From positions 65,686 to 129,685 of the forward strand of contig VBLC01000035.1 of assembly GCA_005879315.1 (NCBI GenBank): 64,000 nucleotides of DNA. The letters are read 5' to 3'. This document shows, piece by piece, positions 1 through 8,288 of the stretch. A model generated the notes under the pieces. That model made no database searches and had not been told where the DNA came from. It saw nothing but the letters and a program-made list of their open reading frames with translations. Within the stretch, counting starts at the first letter, position 1, and each line of letters starts with the position of its first letter. This DNA is from Deltaproteobacteria bacterium (lineage in GTDB: Bacteria; Myxococcota; Myxococcia; Myxococcales; 40CM-4-68-19). A program made the translations under genes and the position numbers.

Positions 1-1004
1 AGAGAAAGCTCCTCGGCGCTCACCTCCTCGTCGCGGACGCGGCGGCATTGCCGCAGCGCCTCGCGCACCGCCTCGCGCGCGTTCTGCGGCTGCAAGGTGA
101 GCCCGACGATGGTCAATCCGGGATCGACCGGCGTGTAGCAGCTCGCCTGCACCTCCGAGACGAGCAGCCGATCGCGCTTGAGCGCGCGGTGCAGCCGCGA
201 GGCCTCGCCGTGGCCGAGAATGATGGCGAGCGCGTCCAGCGCCGCCACCTCGTCGTGCAGCATGTGCGGGGCGGGGAAGGCGATGGAGAGATATCCTTCC
301 TTGAGCGGCTCGCTCTTGAGCCGGGCCGCGGGTCGCTCACGGCGCGGTTCGGGCGGCCGCTTCGACGCGGGCTCGAACGGCCCCGGAGGGAAGACGAAGA
401 GCTTCTCCACCAGCCGCAGCACCTCGTCTTCGCGCACGTCGCCGACCACGACGACCACTGCGTTCTCCGGCTTGTACCAGCGCCGGTAGAAACGAAGGAT
501 TCCCTCGCGCGCGAAGCTGCGCACGCTCGCCTCTGTGCCGATGACCGGCTTGCCGTAGGGATGCTTCTGGAAGGCCGCGCTGAACAGCTCGCGCGACAAC
601 TTGCGGGTGGGCGAGTCCTCGCTGCGCTTGATCTCCTCGCAGACCACCTCGATCTCCCGGCGCAGCTCGTCGGGATCGAACGCAGCGCTGGTGACCGCGT
701 CGGCCAGGACCTCCATGCCGGTGGCGAAGAACTGGCTGGCGATGACCACGTGGTAGACGGTCTGGTCGAAGCTGGTCCAGGCGTTGATCTCGCCGCCCGC
801 CGCCTCGATGGTGCGGGCGATCTCGCCCGGGCCGCGCCGCGCGGTCCCCTTGAAGAGCATGTGCTCGTGCAGGTGTGCCAGGCCCGCTTCGTCGGGCAGC
901 TCGTCGGCGCTGCCGACCTTGACCCAGACCTGGAGGGCGGCGACGGGCGCGGCGCGGTTCTCCTCGACCAGGAGGGTGAGGCCGTTCGGCAGGGTATGGC
1001 GCAC
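1..1004 (-). CDS. M16 (pitrilysin/insulinase) family zinc peptidase, N-terminal part; gene runs off the left edge
   Basis: Absent from the ORF track because it has no stop inside the window. My minus-strand translation from GTG at 1004 reads MRHTLPNGLTLLVEENRAAPVAALQVWVKVGSADELPDEAGLAHLHEHMLFKGT..., which contains the inverted HxxEH zinc motif of family M16. Confidence 0.8.
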   Translation of the reverse strand, partial: MRHTLPNGLTLLVEENRAAPVAALQVWVKVGSADELPDEAGLAHLHEHMLFKGTARRGPGEIARTIEAAGGEINAWTSFDQTVYHVVIASQFFATGMEVLADAVTSAAFDPDELRREIEVVCEEIKRSEDSPTRKLSRELFSAAFQKHPYGKPVIGTEASVRSFAREGILRFYRRWYKPENAVVVVVGDVREDEVLRLVEKLFVFPPGPFEPASKRPPEPRRERPAARLKSEPLKEGYLSIAFPAPHMLHDEVAALDALAIILGHGEASRLHRALKRDRLLVSEVQASCYTPVDPGLTIVGLTLQPQNAREAVREALRQCRRVRDEEVSAEELS

Positions 1005-1016
1005 GGCCTCAGCCTA

Positions 1017-1856
1017 TCAGCCCGGCGGCTCTGCGCGGGGCTCTTTTGCGCGCCCTTCGTCCAAGAGAGCGCGAACCAGAGCGTGCGGCGTTTCCAGGTG
1101 CGGCAGGTGGCCGGCATCTTTCAGGAGCACGAAGTCGGCGGCCGGCAGCGCGCGGCGGAAGAAGGCGAGCGACCCCGGCGGCAGCAGGCGATCCCGCGCG
1201 CCCCAGATGAGCCGCAGCGGAATCCGCAGCGCGAGCAGCTCGGCCTCGCGGAGGAAATCCTCCTCGGTGACGGCGTCGAGGACGCCCTGCGCCGCCGGGG
1301 CACGCATGGCCTTGATGACCTCGCCGGGAAAGAGCCGCAGCGCGATGGGTGGGCGGTGGAAGGCCGCTTTCATGTACCGCGTCGCTCCCGCCCGGTCGTG
1401 GGCGGAGACGAGCTGGCGGAAGGGCGCCCACTCTTCGCGCGCGAGCAGCGCGCCGGCGGGATTGATCAACGTCAGGCCCGAGGGCCGCACAACTCCGAGC
1501 AGCGCGAGCCGCAGCGCGATCCAGCCGCCCAGCGAATGGCCGACGAGCAGCGGCGTGCGCAGCGACTGCGCGTAATGGGCGACAGCCGCGGCGAGCGTCG
1601 AGAGGCGCCAGTCCGGCGGCGGGCCAGAGAGGCCGTGCCCCGGCAAGTCGAGCAGGTGCACCTGATGGCGGCGCGCGAGCGGCCCGGCGATCAGCGCCCA
1701 GCCGGCGATCGAGTCGCCCAGCCCATGCAGGAGCAACAGCTCCGGCCCGCGCCCCCGGACTGCGAAGCGCAAGCGGCCCTGCGGAGTGTCGACGAAGCCG
1801 ACTCGCGCGCCGCGCTCCGCGAGGCGGCGCATCACCGCGAGGGCCAGCTTCTGCAT
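1017..1856 (-). CDS. alpha/beta-fold hydrolase
   Basis: 279-aa track ORF. It has LLLLHGLGDS near the N-terminus and the nucleophile elbow GHSLGG. ATG at 1856 lies 3 nt after the upstream stop. Confidence 0.8.
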   Translation of the reverse strand: MQKLALAVMRRLAERGARVGFVDTPQGRLRFAVRGRGPELLLLHGLGDSIAGWALIAGPLARRHQVHLLDLPGHGLSGPPPDWRLSTLAAAVAHYAQSLRTPLLVGHSLGGWIALRLALLGVVRPSGLTLINPAGALLAREEWAPFRQLVSAHDRAGATRYMKAAFHRPPIALRLFPGEVIKAMRAPAAQGVLDAVTEEDFLREAELLALRIPLRLIWGARDRLLPPGSLAFFRRALPAADFVLLKDAGHLPHLETPHALVRALLDEGRAKEPRAEPPG

Positions 1857-1859
1857 CTG

Positions 1860-2072
1860 CTACAGATCGGCGGGCCGCAGCGTGCTGCGGCCGTTCTCCT
1901 TGGCGCGCTGAATGGCTCTCTCCACCGTCTGGCGCACGTGGTCGGAGAGCGCGTTGATGAACTCGTCGGAGGTGCGCATCTCCTTTTCGCGGATGACGTC
2001 CCGCACCTTGCTCTGCACGATCAAGAGGCCGCCCTGCTCCTTCTTCGCTCCACCCTCGGCTTGCTCGCCCAT
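1860..2072 (-). CDS. small histone-fold (HBb/Bd0055-like bacterial histone) candidate, 70 aa
   Basis: C-terminal part of track ORF 1860..2405. ATG at 2072 is preceded by GGAGG 7 nt upstream. Sequence: MGEQAEGGAKKEQGGLLIVQSKVRDVIREKEMRTSDEFINALSDHVRQTVERAIQRAKENGRSTLRPADL. The pattern matches my recollection of singlet bacterial/archaeal histone folds. Confidence 0.6.
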   Translation of the reverse strand: MGEQAEGGAKKEQGGLLIVQSKVRDVIREKEMRTSDEFINALSDHVRQTVERAIQRAKENGRSTLRPADL

Positions 2073-2110
2073 GTATGGCCCTCCGCGCGCGCCTCTGTAA
2101 CAAAGCGGCC

Positions 2111-2971
2111 TCATCCCCGCAAGAAGCGGAGTGCGGCCGTGAAGTCGTCGGGCATCTCCGCGCGCAGCCGCAGCGTGCCGCCTTGAGGGTGGCGGATCTC
2201 GAGCGAGAGGGCGTGCAAGAGCGGCCGGGCGAGGTCGAGGCGGCTGCCGCTCTGGCGAGTGACGAAGAGCGGCCCGCCGTGGCGCGAATCGCCGAGCAGC
2301 GAGCAGCCGAGCTCGCGCAAGTGAATGCGGATCTGGTGCGTACGGCCGGTTGCGGGGAAAGCCGCGAGGAGCGCGGCTTCGGGGAATCGCTCGAGCACCT
2401 TCCATCTGGTGGCGGCGGGCTCGCCGGCGATGGGGGAATCGATCGCCCCTTCCTCGCCGCGCGGCTGGCCGCTCACCAGGGCGCGATATTCCTTGTGCGC
2501 GCGCCGTGAGCGGAACTCCTCGAGCAGCGCCGCCTGCGCTCTTTTGCTGCGGGCGAGGATGGTGACGCCGGTCGTGCCGCGGTCGAGGCGGTGGACGAGC
2601 AGCGCGGGACCGCCGATCAAATCGCTGCAGAGATCGGGCAGGGAGGGGCCGCCCTGGCGATCCTCTTGCGCGCTCACTCCGGCGGGCTTGTCCACCGCGA
2701 CCACGAGCTCGTCGAGGTGGAGGATGCGCTCCTTGCCGAGCTCTGCCGCGGCGGGCTCGCGCAGATCGACCTCCACGCCGTCGCCCGCTCCGACCACGCT
2801 CGCCGGATCGCGCTGCCTTTGCCCGCGCAAGAAGGCCGCTCCGCGGAGGATGGCAGCTCGCGCCGTCTCCTCCGGCACGCCACCGCGCACGGCGATGAAG
2901 CGCGCCAGCTCCGTTCCGGCATCGGCCTGCCGCGCGGTGAGCTTCAGCCGCGCCGGCGCCCGCTTCGGCAC
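2111..2971 (-). CDS. RluA-family pseudouridine synthase (S4-like N-terminus)
   Basis: 286 aa. Motifs: VAVDKPAGV, catalytic HRLDRGTTGV, and HQIRIH near the C-terminus. Confidence 0.85.
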   Translation of the reverse strand: MPKRAPARLKLTARQADAGTELARFIAVRGGVPEETARAAILRGAAFLRGQRQRDPASVVGAGDGVEVDLREPAAAELGKERILHLDELVVAVDKPAGVSAQEDRQGGPSLPDLCSDLIGGPALLVHRLDRGTTGVTILARSKRAQAALLEEFRSRRAHKEYRALVSGQPRGEEGAIDSPIAGEPAATRWKVLERFPEAALLAAFPATGRTHQIRIHLRELGCSLLGDSRHGGPLFVTRQSGSRLDLARPLLHALSLEIRHPQGGTLRLRAEMPDDFTAALRFLRG

Positions 2972-2980
2972 TGCGCTGCC

Positions 2981-3331
2981 TCAGCCCTTCTCGACCACCC
3001 GGACGGGGAATTTCGAGATCGCCGAGCAGACCATCCCCTGCCGCCCGGCGACGACGTCGAAGAACACTCCCCGAGGCGCCAGCGCCACCGCGCCTGGGGC
3101 GAGCGGGATGCGGAGCTCGTTTCCGGCGGCGGTGGTCTCGAGCACGAGCTCGCCGGATCCCTGCACGCAGAGAAAAGCCCGGTCCGCGTCGGGAAGCTTG
3201 TGCCAGCCCATCGCCTGCATCCCTTTGAGATAGACGCCGTCGACGAGAAGCTGGTCGGTCTTCACCGCGTGAAGCACGTTGGGCTTGTCGTCCGTGTAGC
3301 GCGCGTCGGCGATGAGGTTGACCGATTGCAC
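2981..3331 (-). CDS. cupin-domain protein
   Basis: 116 aa, small beta-barrel-like sequence (GWHKLPDADRAFLCVQGSGELVLE...LAPGAVALAPRGVFF). Sits tightly in the operon. Confidence 0.55.
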   Translation of the reverse strand: MQSVNLIADARYTDDKPNVLHAVKTDQLLVDGVYLKGMQAMGWHKLPDADRAFLCVQGSGELVLETTAAGNELRIPLAPGAVALAPRGVFFDVVAGRQGMVCSAISKFPVRVVEKG

Positions 3332-3341
3332 GAGCGAGTCC

Positions 3342-4112
3342 TCAGAACTGCGCCGGCGCGGGCGTGGCCGACTTGTTGTAGAGCAGCTTGGCGATGCCCC
3401 ACCCGACGAGCAGGAAGATGAGCACGATCACCCAGGCGTAATCGCTGCCGTAGACGGTGGGGAAGTGATTGGAGACCATGAAGAGGATGAGGGGGATGCT
3501 CATGTACGTATTGTGCTTGCTGCGCAGCCCGGCCAGCGCCGCCACCGATGGGTCGGGCGCCGGAGCGGTGCCCTTCACCCCGGCGATGATCTTCCGCTGG
3601 TTGGGCCAGATGCGCATCCAGACGTTGGCGAACATGATCGTGCCGAGCGTGCCGCCGGCGTAGATGAAGACGGCGCGGCCGCCCATCAACAGGCTGAAGA
3701 CGAAGAGCACGATGGCGAAGAGGACGAAGGAGATGACCGCGCCGGCCATCTCGTTCTTGAGCTGCTTCCAGAGCACGTCGTAGACGAAGAAAGAGACCAG
3801 CGCGATGAGGAGCGCGACCCCGCCCGAGCCGTAGCTGCTCATGTTGCCGCCCATGGCGTTGCCTGCCCAGTAGACCACCCAGAGGAGCAGCACGCCGGTG
3901 ATCCAGGTGTAGGCCGCGCCCCAGCGGAACCAGTAGAGCGCGCGGGGGATCAGCTCGGGAATGACCTTCTTGCGCGAGTCGGCGTCATAGGTCTTGGCCA
4001 GCTGCGCGTTGACGAAGTTGAAGAACCAGAGATGGCCGATCCACATCACGCCCGCGACCACGTGAATCCAGCGGAAGATGAGGTTGAGCCACTCGGACAC
4101 GTTCGAGTCCAT
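3342..4112 (-). CDS. polytopic membrane protein (COG3748 / urate-oxidase-N-like family, from memory)
   Basis: Real part of track ORF 3342..4724, starting at ATG 4112: MDSNVSEWLNLIFRWIHVVAGVMWIGHLWFFNFVNAQ... It has several hydrophobic helices. The upstream part of the track ORF is R/A-rich noise. Confidence 0.7.
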   Translation of the reverse strand: MDSNVSEWLNLIFRWIHVVAGVMWIGHLWFFNFVNAQLAKTYDADSRKKVIPELIPRALYWFRWGAAYTWITGVLLLWVVYWAGNAMGGNMSSYGSGGVALLIALVSFFVYDVLWKQLKNEMAGAVISFVLFAIVLFVFSLLMGGRAVFIYAGGTLGTIMFANVWMRIWPNQRKIIAGVKGTAPAPDPSVAALAGLRSKHNTYMSIPLILFMVSNHFPTVYGSDYAWVIVLIFLLVGWGIAKLLYNKSATPAPAQF

Positions 4113-4226
4113 CGATCCTCCCCGAGCAGGATTGCGCGCGCACCTTAGCGTTCCGCGATCGCGCCGTCGAGTCTCGGGTTGTGTTCGCGCCGCGCGCGCC
4201 CCAGCTTTGCGCGCAAGGAGGCAGAC

Positions 4227-4826
4227 ATGAGCAAGCGCTACGAGCCGAAGAACTTCCCGAGGCTCAAGGGCCTGTCCGGCATCTCGGACAGCCTGCTGCA
4301 GGACCACTTCAAGCTCTACGAGGGCTACGTCAAGAACGTCAATGAGCTCAATTCCCAGCTCGAGCAGATCCTCAAGGATGGCAAGGCCAAGGGAACCAAC
4401 CCGGCGTTCGCCGAGCTGACCCGCTGGCTGGGATTCGAGTACGGCGGCATGGTGCTGCACGAGCTCTACTTCGCGAACCTCTCGCCGGAGCCCGACCCGC
4501 TGGTGAAGGGCGGCCCGCTCGGCGCGGCGCTGGTCAAGGCTTTCGGCACCGTCGAGGCCTGGCTGGAGGACTTCAAGGCCATCGCCGGCATGCGCGGGGT
4601 GGGCTGGGCCATCTGCTACCAGAATCCGGAGACCAGGGAGGTCTCGAACCACTGGGTGGAGCTGCACAACAGCGGCCATCCGCCGGGGTTCAAGCCCATC
4701 GTGGTGATGGATTGCTGGGAGCACGCCTTCGTCCCCGACTACAAGGTGACCGAGCGGGCCAAGTACATCGACGCGTATTTCCGCAATCTCGACTGGAAGG
4801 CTTGCGAGGCGCGGCTGATCAAGTAG
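4227..4826 (+). CDS. Fe/Mn superoxide dismutase family protein (divergent)
   Basis: ATG 4227 follows AAGGAGG (4215-4221). Candidate metal ligands are present: DHFKLYEGYV (His), MVLHELYF (His), DCWEHAF (Asp, His). The N-terminal motif deviates from the canonical HHxKHH. Confidence 0.8.
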   Translation: MSKRYEPKNFPRLKGLSGISDSLLQDHFKLYEGYVKNVNELNSQLEQILKDGKAKGTNPAFAELTRWLGFEYGGMVLHELYFANLSPEPDPLVKGGPLGAALVKAFGTVEAWLEDFKAIAGMRGVGWAICYQNPETREVSNHWVELHNSGHPPGFKPIVVMDCWEHAFVPDYKVTERAKYIDAYFRNLDWKACEARLIK

Positions 4827-4836
4827 ACGTTGGGGC

Positions 4837-6327
4837 GTGATCCGGGAGCTGCCTGAGCTGCGCGAGGACGCAGCGGGACTTTCGCGCGCGCTGGCGCGGA
4901 ATCGCTACCGCCGCGCAGCCGGGTTGTCCGCGGAGGAGACGCTGCGCGAGATGCTCGCCGCGCACCCGCTCGCTGCCAGCGCGGAGGGCCTGGCGCAGGC
5001 GAGCGAGGCGCTGGCAGAGGCGGAGACCGAGGAGCCGAAGCGGCCGGCGCGCATCGCGCGGCTCTCGGCGCTGCGCGATTTTCTCCTGCGGGCGCGCGCG
5101 GAGGCGCTCGAGCCGGCCGCAGCGGAGGATCTGTGGAGGCTGCCTGCCCGGCCGCTCGTGCGGCCGCCGGGGGATGCCGGGCTGCACGGCGCCCTGCCGG
5201 CGATCGCGGTCGAGCGGGAGCTGTCGATTCTCCGCTCGCGGGAGAGGCGGGCGGAGATGGAGCGCGCGCTGGCCGCGGCGCTGCAGCCGGCCGATGCGGC
5301 GCGAGGCGCGGTCTGGGACGCGGCGCAAGAGGCGCTGGGCGATCTGCCGCCGTTCGCGCTGCATGCGCGAGGCTGGACCACGCAGGGCTCGCCCGAGGTG
5401 GCGGCAGAGCGCGTGCTGCAAGGCACGGACGCGGTCATGTCCGACCTGGGCGGCTGGCTCCTGCAGCGCCATTCCGAAGCGGGCGGCGGCGCCGAACGGC
5501 ACGACGTGCTCCATCTGCTCCACGCCCCTCGCTGCGCGAGCGCCTTTCCCAGAGGCGAGATGATGCGGACCGTGCGGCGCTGGACGGAGATGCTGCGCCT
5601 CGAATTCGCAGCGAAGATCGACGACGAGGTACGGCCGCTGAAGATGTCGGGCGCTTGCGCCGAGGCGATCGATCCTCCCTACGAAGCGCGCGTTTCGCTC
5701 TGGCCAGAGGAGGGGCCGCGCGCGCTGTCGTCGCTGCTCGGCGCGCTCTCGGTTGCCGAGCTGCGCCTCGGGCCGCCCGAAGATGCGCCGCCGGAAGATC
5801 TGTGGCTCTCCGATCCGGCTGTCCCCTGGGCCTGCCGCGCGCTCTTCGCAGGCCTCTTGCGCGAGCCCGACTTCGCCCGCCGCTGCGCCAAAGCCGATCT
5901 CTCGCGGGACGACGAGCGCGCCATCGCCATCGCTGCGGTCATCGACGCGCGGCTCGCCGCTGCGCGCACGCTCTCGTCCTCGAAAGCGCACGAGCTCGGC
6001 CTCGGCGCGCGTGCCGAGCAGTTCCACCGCGACGCGTTCCGGCGCGCCACCGGCGCCGAGCTGCCCGCGGGGCTGGCGCTGCGCGAGCTCGATCCCTGGC
6101 TCGGCTCCTTCGCCGAATTGCGTGGCCGCTCCTTCGCCGCCCGCGCGCGCTTCTTCTTGCGCGAGCAATACGATCAGGACTGGTGGCGCAACCCGCGCGC
6201 TCTCCCGGCGGTGAGGGGGCTCTGGGCGCGCGGCGGCCGGCCCACGCTCGTCGAGCTCTGGGCGGAGATCGGCGGTGAGCCTTCGGTCGAGCCGCTCCTC
6301 GAAGATCTCGCTGAGGCCTGCCGGTAA
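4837..6327 (+). CDS. hypothetical protein (496 aa, helical, Ala/Arg/Leu/Glu-rich)
   Basis: Long ORF with coherent non-repetitive sequence and GC3 bias; GTG start 11 nt after the sod stop. I recognise no motif (no HExxH). Confidence 0.55.
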   Translation: MIRELPELREDAAGLSRALARNRYRRAAGLSAEETLREMLAAHPLAASAEGLAQASEALAEAETEEPKRPARIARLSALRDFLLRARAEALEPAAAEDLWRLPARPLVRPPGDAGLHGALPAIAVERELSILRSRERRAEMERALAAALQPADAARGAVWDAAQEALGDLPPFALHARGWTTQGSPEVAAERVLQGTDAVMSDLGGWLLQRHSEAGGGAERHDVLHLLHAPRCASAFPRGEMMRTVRRWTEMLRLEFAAKIDDEVRPLKMSGACAEAIDPPYEARVSLWPEEGPRALSSLLGALSVAELRLGPPEDAPPEDLWLSDPAVPWACRALFAGLLREPDFARRCAKADLSRDDERAIAIAAVIDARLAAARTLSSSKAHELGLGARAEQFHRDAFRRATGAELPAGLALRELDPWLGSFAELRGRSFAARARFFLREQYDQDWWRNPRALPAVRGLWARGGRPTLVELWAEIGGEPSVEPLLEDLAEACR

Positions 6328-6442
6328 TCGCGCCTGTGGGGTGTTCGTCCCAAAACAGTAATTCCTACGGCGCCCTCCCACACACCCGCTGAATCCACGC
6401 GCCTTTCCCCGCTGGCCGGAACTTTGCTGCACTCAAGATCGG

Positions 6443-7027
6443 ATGATTCGCCTCAGATATCGCTTCGAGTCGCTCGACGTCTACGCACGCCACTTGCGCC
6501 TGGGCGACGGCCTCTATTTGCCGCTGCGTCCGCAGCCCGGCAGTCGCGTCGCCATCGAGGTGAGCTGGCCTGAATCGCCGGACCCCGTTCTCCTCCATGG
6601 CCGCATCCGCAAGCGCACCCGGCATGGCTCCTTCGTCGATCTGCCCCCGACCTGGATGGTCGGTCCACTCGGCGCCTCGCGCGGCGACCGGCGGGTGCCG
6701 TGCGACCTGGTCGCCGAGGTGAAGCCCTTCGACGGCGCTCCCTATCTCTGCCGCGCGCTCGACGTGAGCCAGCGCGGCGTGCGCCTCGCGACCGGGGCCT
6801 TCGACGCCGGACTGATGGGAGACCGCGTGGCGATCACGCTGCTCGTGCCCGACGCGATGGACATTCCCTCGCGCATCGCCTGGTCCGGCGCGCGCGAGGC
6901 AGGTCTGGAGCTGCTCGAGACACCGCCGGCGCTGGTCAGCTTCCTCGCCGCTTGCGATGCGCAGTGGGAGGAGCTGTCGCACGACGCGGGCTGTCTCTGC
7001 AGCCGCACGGAACTGCGAGCAGGTTAG
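6443..7027 (+). CDS. PilZ domain-containing protein (c-di-GMP receptor candidate)
   Basis: 194 aa. RGDRR (RxxxR) is followed by DVSQRG (D/NxSxxG) about 25 residues later. Confidence 0.7.
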   Translation: MIRLRYRFESLDVYARHLRLGDGLYLPLRPQPGSRVAIEVSWPESPDPVLLHGRIRKRTRHGSFVDLPPTWMVGPLGASRGDRRVPCDLVAEVKPFDGAPYLCRALDVSQRGVRLATGAFDAGLMGDRVAITLLVPDAMDIPSRIAWSGAREAGLELLETPPALVSFLAACDAQWEELSHDAGCLCSRTELRAG

Positions 7028-7047
7028 ATCTCTGCCGATCGACCAGC

Positions 7048-7212
7048 CGAGCTCGTGCTCGTGCTCGGTATCGTGCCCGACATTCGAGCTCGTGCTCGTG
7101 CTCGAGGTGGTGCCCGAACATCGAGCTGGTGGCCGAGCTCGTTTTCGTTCTTGCTCCATTGCGAGCACCGGAACGAGCTCGACTAGCGGGAACGCACTCC
7201 AGCACGAGCTCG
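7048..7212. repeat. 37-bp tandem repeat (2 good units + 1 degenerate) and array of five CGAGCTCG palindromes in a convergent intergenic region
   Basis: Units at 7048-7084 and 7085-7121 share their first 20 nt exactly (CGAGCTCGTGCTCGTGCTCG) and about 30 of 37 nt overall. A degenerate unit spans 7122-7160. CGAGCTCG occurs at 7048, 7085, 7134, 7174 and 7205. Confidence 0.85.
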
Positions 7213-7224
7213 AGCACCTCGCGC

Positions 7225-7845
7225 TCATTGAGCGGAATGAAATGAAGGTTTTGCGATTGGCCAGCGCCAGCCGTAGAGGCGCGAGTAGTGCCACCACTCT
7301 TTCGGATTGACGCGAAATCCCGCGGCGCGCATCGCCTCCTCGAGCGCCTCCCGATTCTCGCGCGCTGGCCCGTTCGGGATCGGTGCGTCCGCCGCTGCCT
7401 CAGGCCCGAACGCATCGAAGTCCGTCGGCACCGGCGCTTGCTTGCCCTGCAGCGTCGCGAGGCCGAGATCGACGGATACCCCGCGCTCGTGGAGGCTACC
7501 TCGCGAAGGATCGGCGACCGATCCGGCGTGAGGATGCGCCTTCCACAGCGCCTCGTGCGCCGACGCCGGCCGCCAGCAGTCGCGCGCCACCAGCCGCAGC
7601 TTCCGCTTGCGCAGCGCCTGCGCCGCGAGCGCAAGGCGCGCCGCGACGCTCCTGCGCAAGAGACACTTCGCATCGGGTGGATAGAGCGCCCGCCCGGCGA
7701 TGTTCCGCGGCGAGGCGTAGGCCAGGTCGACGATCAGCCCCGGCACGATCGCCGCGGCGTCGACCAGCGGATCTTCCTTGTCGGGCACTTCAGGCAGGTG
7801 CTGCGGCCCGAAGGTGCGCGCCGCGAGCAGCAGCGCGAGCAGCAT
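7225..7845 (-). CDS. ddpX: D-alanyl-D-alanine dipeptidase (VanX/DdpX, peptidase M15D)
   Basis: 206 aa. Motifs: DLAYASPRNIAG, SLHERGVSVD (SxHxxGxAxD-type zinc site) and EWWHY. Confidence 0.8.
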   Translation of the reverse strand: MLLALLLAARTFGPQHLPEVPDKEDPLVDAAAIVPGLIVDLAYASPRNIAGRALYPPDAKCLLRRSVAARLALAAQALRKRKLRLVARDCWRPASAHEALWKAHPHAGSVADPSRGSLHERGVSVDLGLATLQGKQAPVPTDFDAFGPEAAADAPIPNGPARENREALEEAMRAAGFRVNPKEWWHYSRLYGWRWPIAKPSFHSAQ

Positions 7846-7848
7846 CCG

Positions 7849-8157
7849 TTACTTCAGCCGGCGCAGCGCCCGGATGATCTTGTCCTTCTCCTTGCTGCGC
7901 ACGCGCGGGGCGGCGGTCGTCTTTCCGCTGCGGGCGGCGAGCTTCTCCTTGAGCTCGATCTCCATCGCGAGAAGCTCCGCGCGCGCCTCGGCATTCTCCT
8001 GTCCGCGGCGGGGAAGCGCCTCGCTCCGTCCCAGCCCGGCGCCGGCGCGCATCCGCACCGCCTTCTCCTCGCGCGCGCTCAGCCTCTTGGCGGCCGTGCG
8101 CAAGAGCTCGCGCACCTCCGTGCTGGTGATGGTGCTCGAGGAGGTCTTTTCACCCAT
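7849..8157 (-). CDS. small basic protein with sigma-70 region-4-like segment (102 aa)
   Basis: ATG 8157, TAA stop 3 nt before the ddpX start. LSAREEKAVRMRAGAG resembles the LTxREAKVLRMRFG of RpoD region 4. Good GC3 bias. Confidence 0.5.
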   Translation of the reverse strand: MGEKTSSSTITSTEVRELLRTAAKRLSAREEKAVRMRAGAGLGRSEALPRRGQENAEARAELLAMEIELKEKLAARSGKTTAAPRVRSKEKDKIIRALRRLK

Positions 8158-8192
8158 GTCGCCTCTCCTGGGACGCCGCGGTGTCGGCATGG

Positions 8193-8220
8193 AGCGTATC
8201 CGGGCTTGCGGGGAGATCAA
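8193..8220 (-). promoter_or_regulatory. candidate sigma-70 promoter for the small region-4-like gene
   Basis: Minus strand reads TTGATC (8220-8215), a 16-nt spacer, then TACGCT (8198-8193). It is preceded by the A/T-rich stretch GAAAGAAAATT, unusual in this GC-rich DNA. Confidence 0.3.
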
Positions 8221-8288
8221 ATTTTCTTTCGCGGGCATCCGGAGATGCGCGGATCCGGAACCGGGGAAAGGACCATATCAGGAAGGGC

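Noticed and set aside
48-2186. 712-aa plus-strand ORF at the left end
   Set aside because: It overlaps four well-supported minus-strand genes (M16 peptidase, hydrolase, histone-fold, start of rluA). It has no motifs and low complexity.
6413-6428. Sigma-54-like element TGGCCGGAACTTTGCT upstream of the PilZ gene
   Set aside because: The GG-N10-GC spacing and TTGCT fit. However, the -12 element is only about 16 nt from the ATG, which leaves almost no leader or SD. I saw no enhancer-binding-protein gene nearby, so I cannot support it from sequence alone.
7048-7160. 37-bp repeats as a CRISPR array
   Set aside because: The units are directly adjacent with no spacers. There are only about 2.5 copies and no cas genes in the window.
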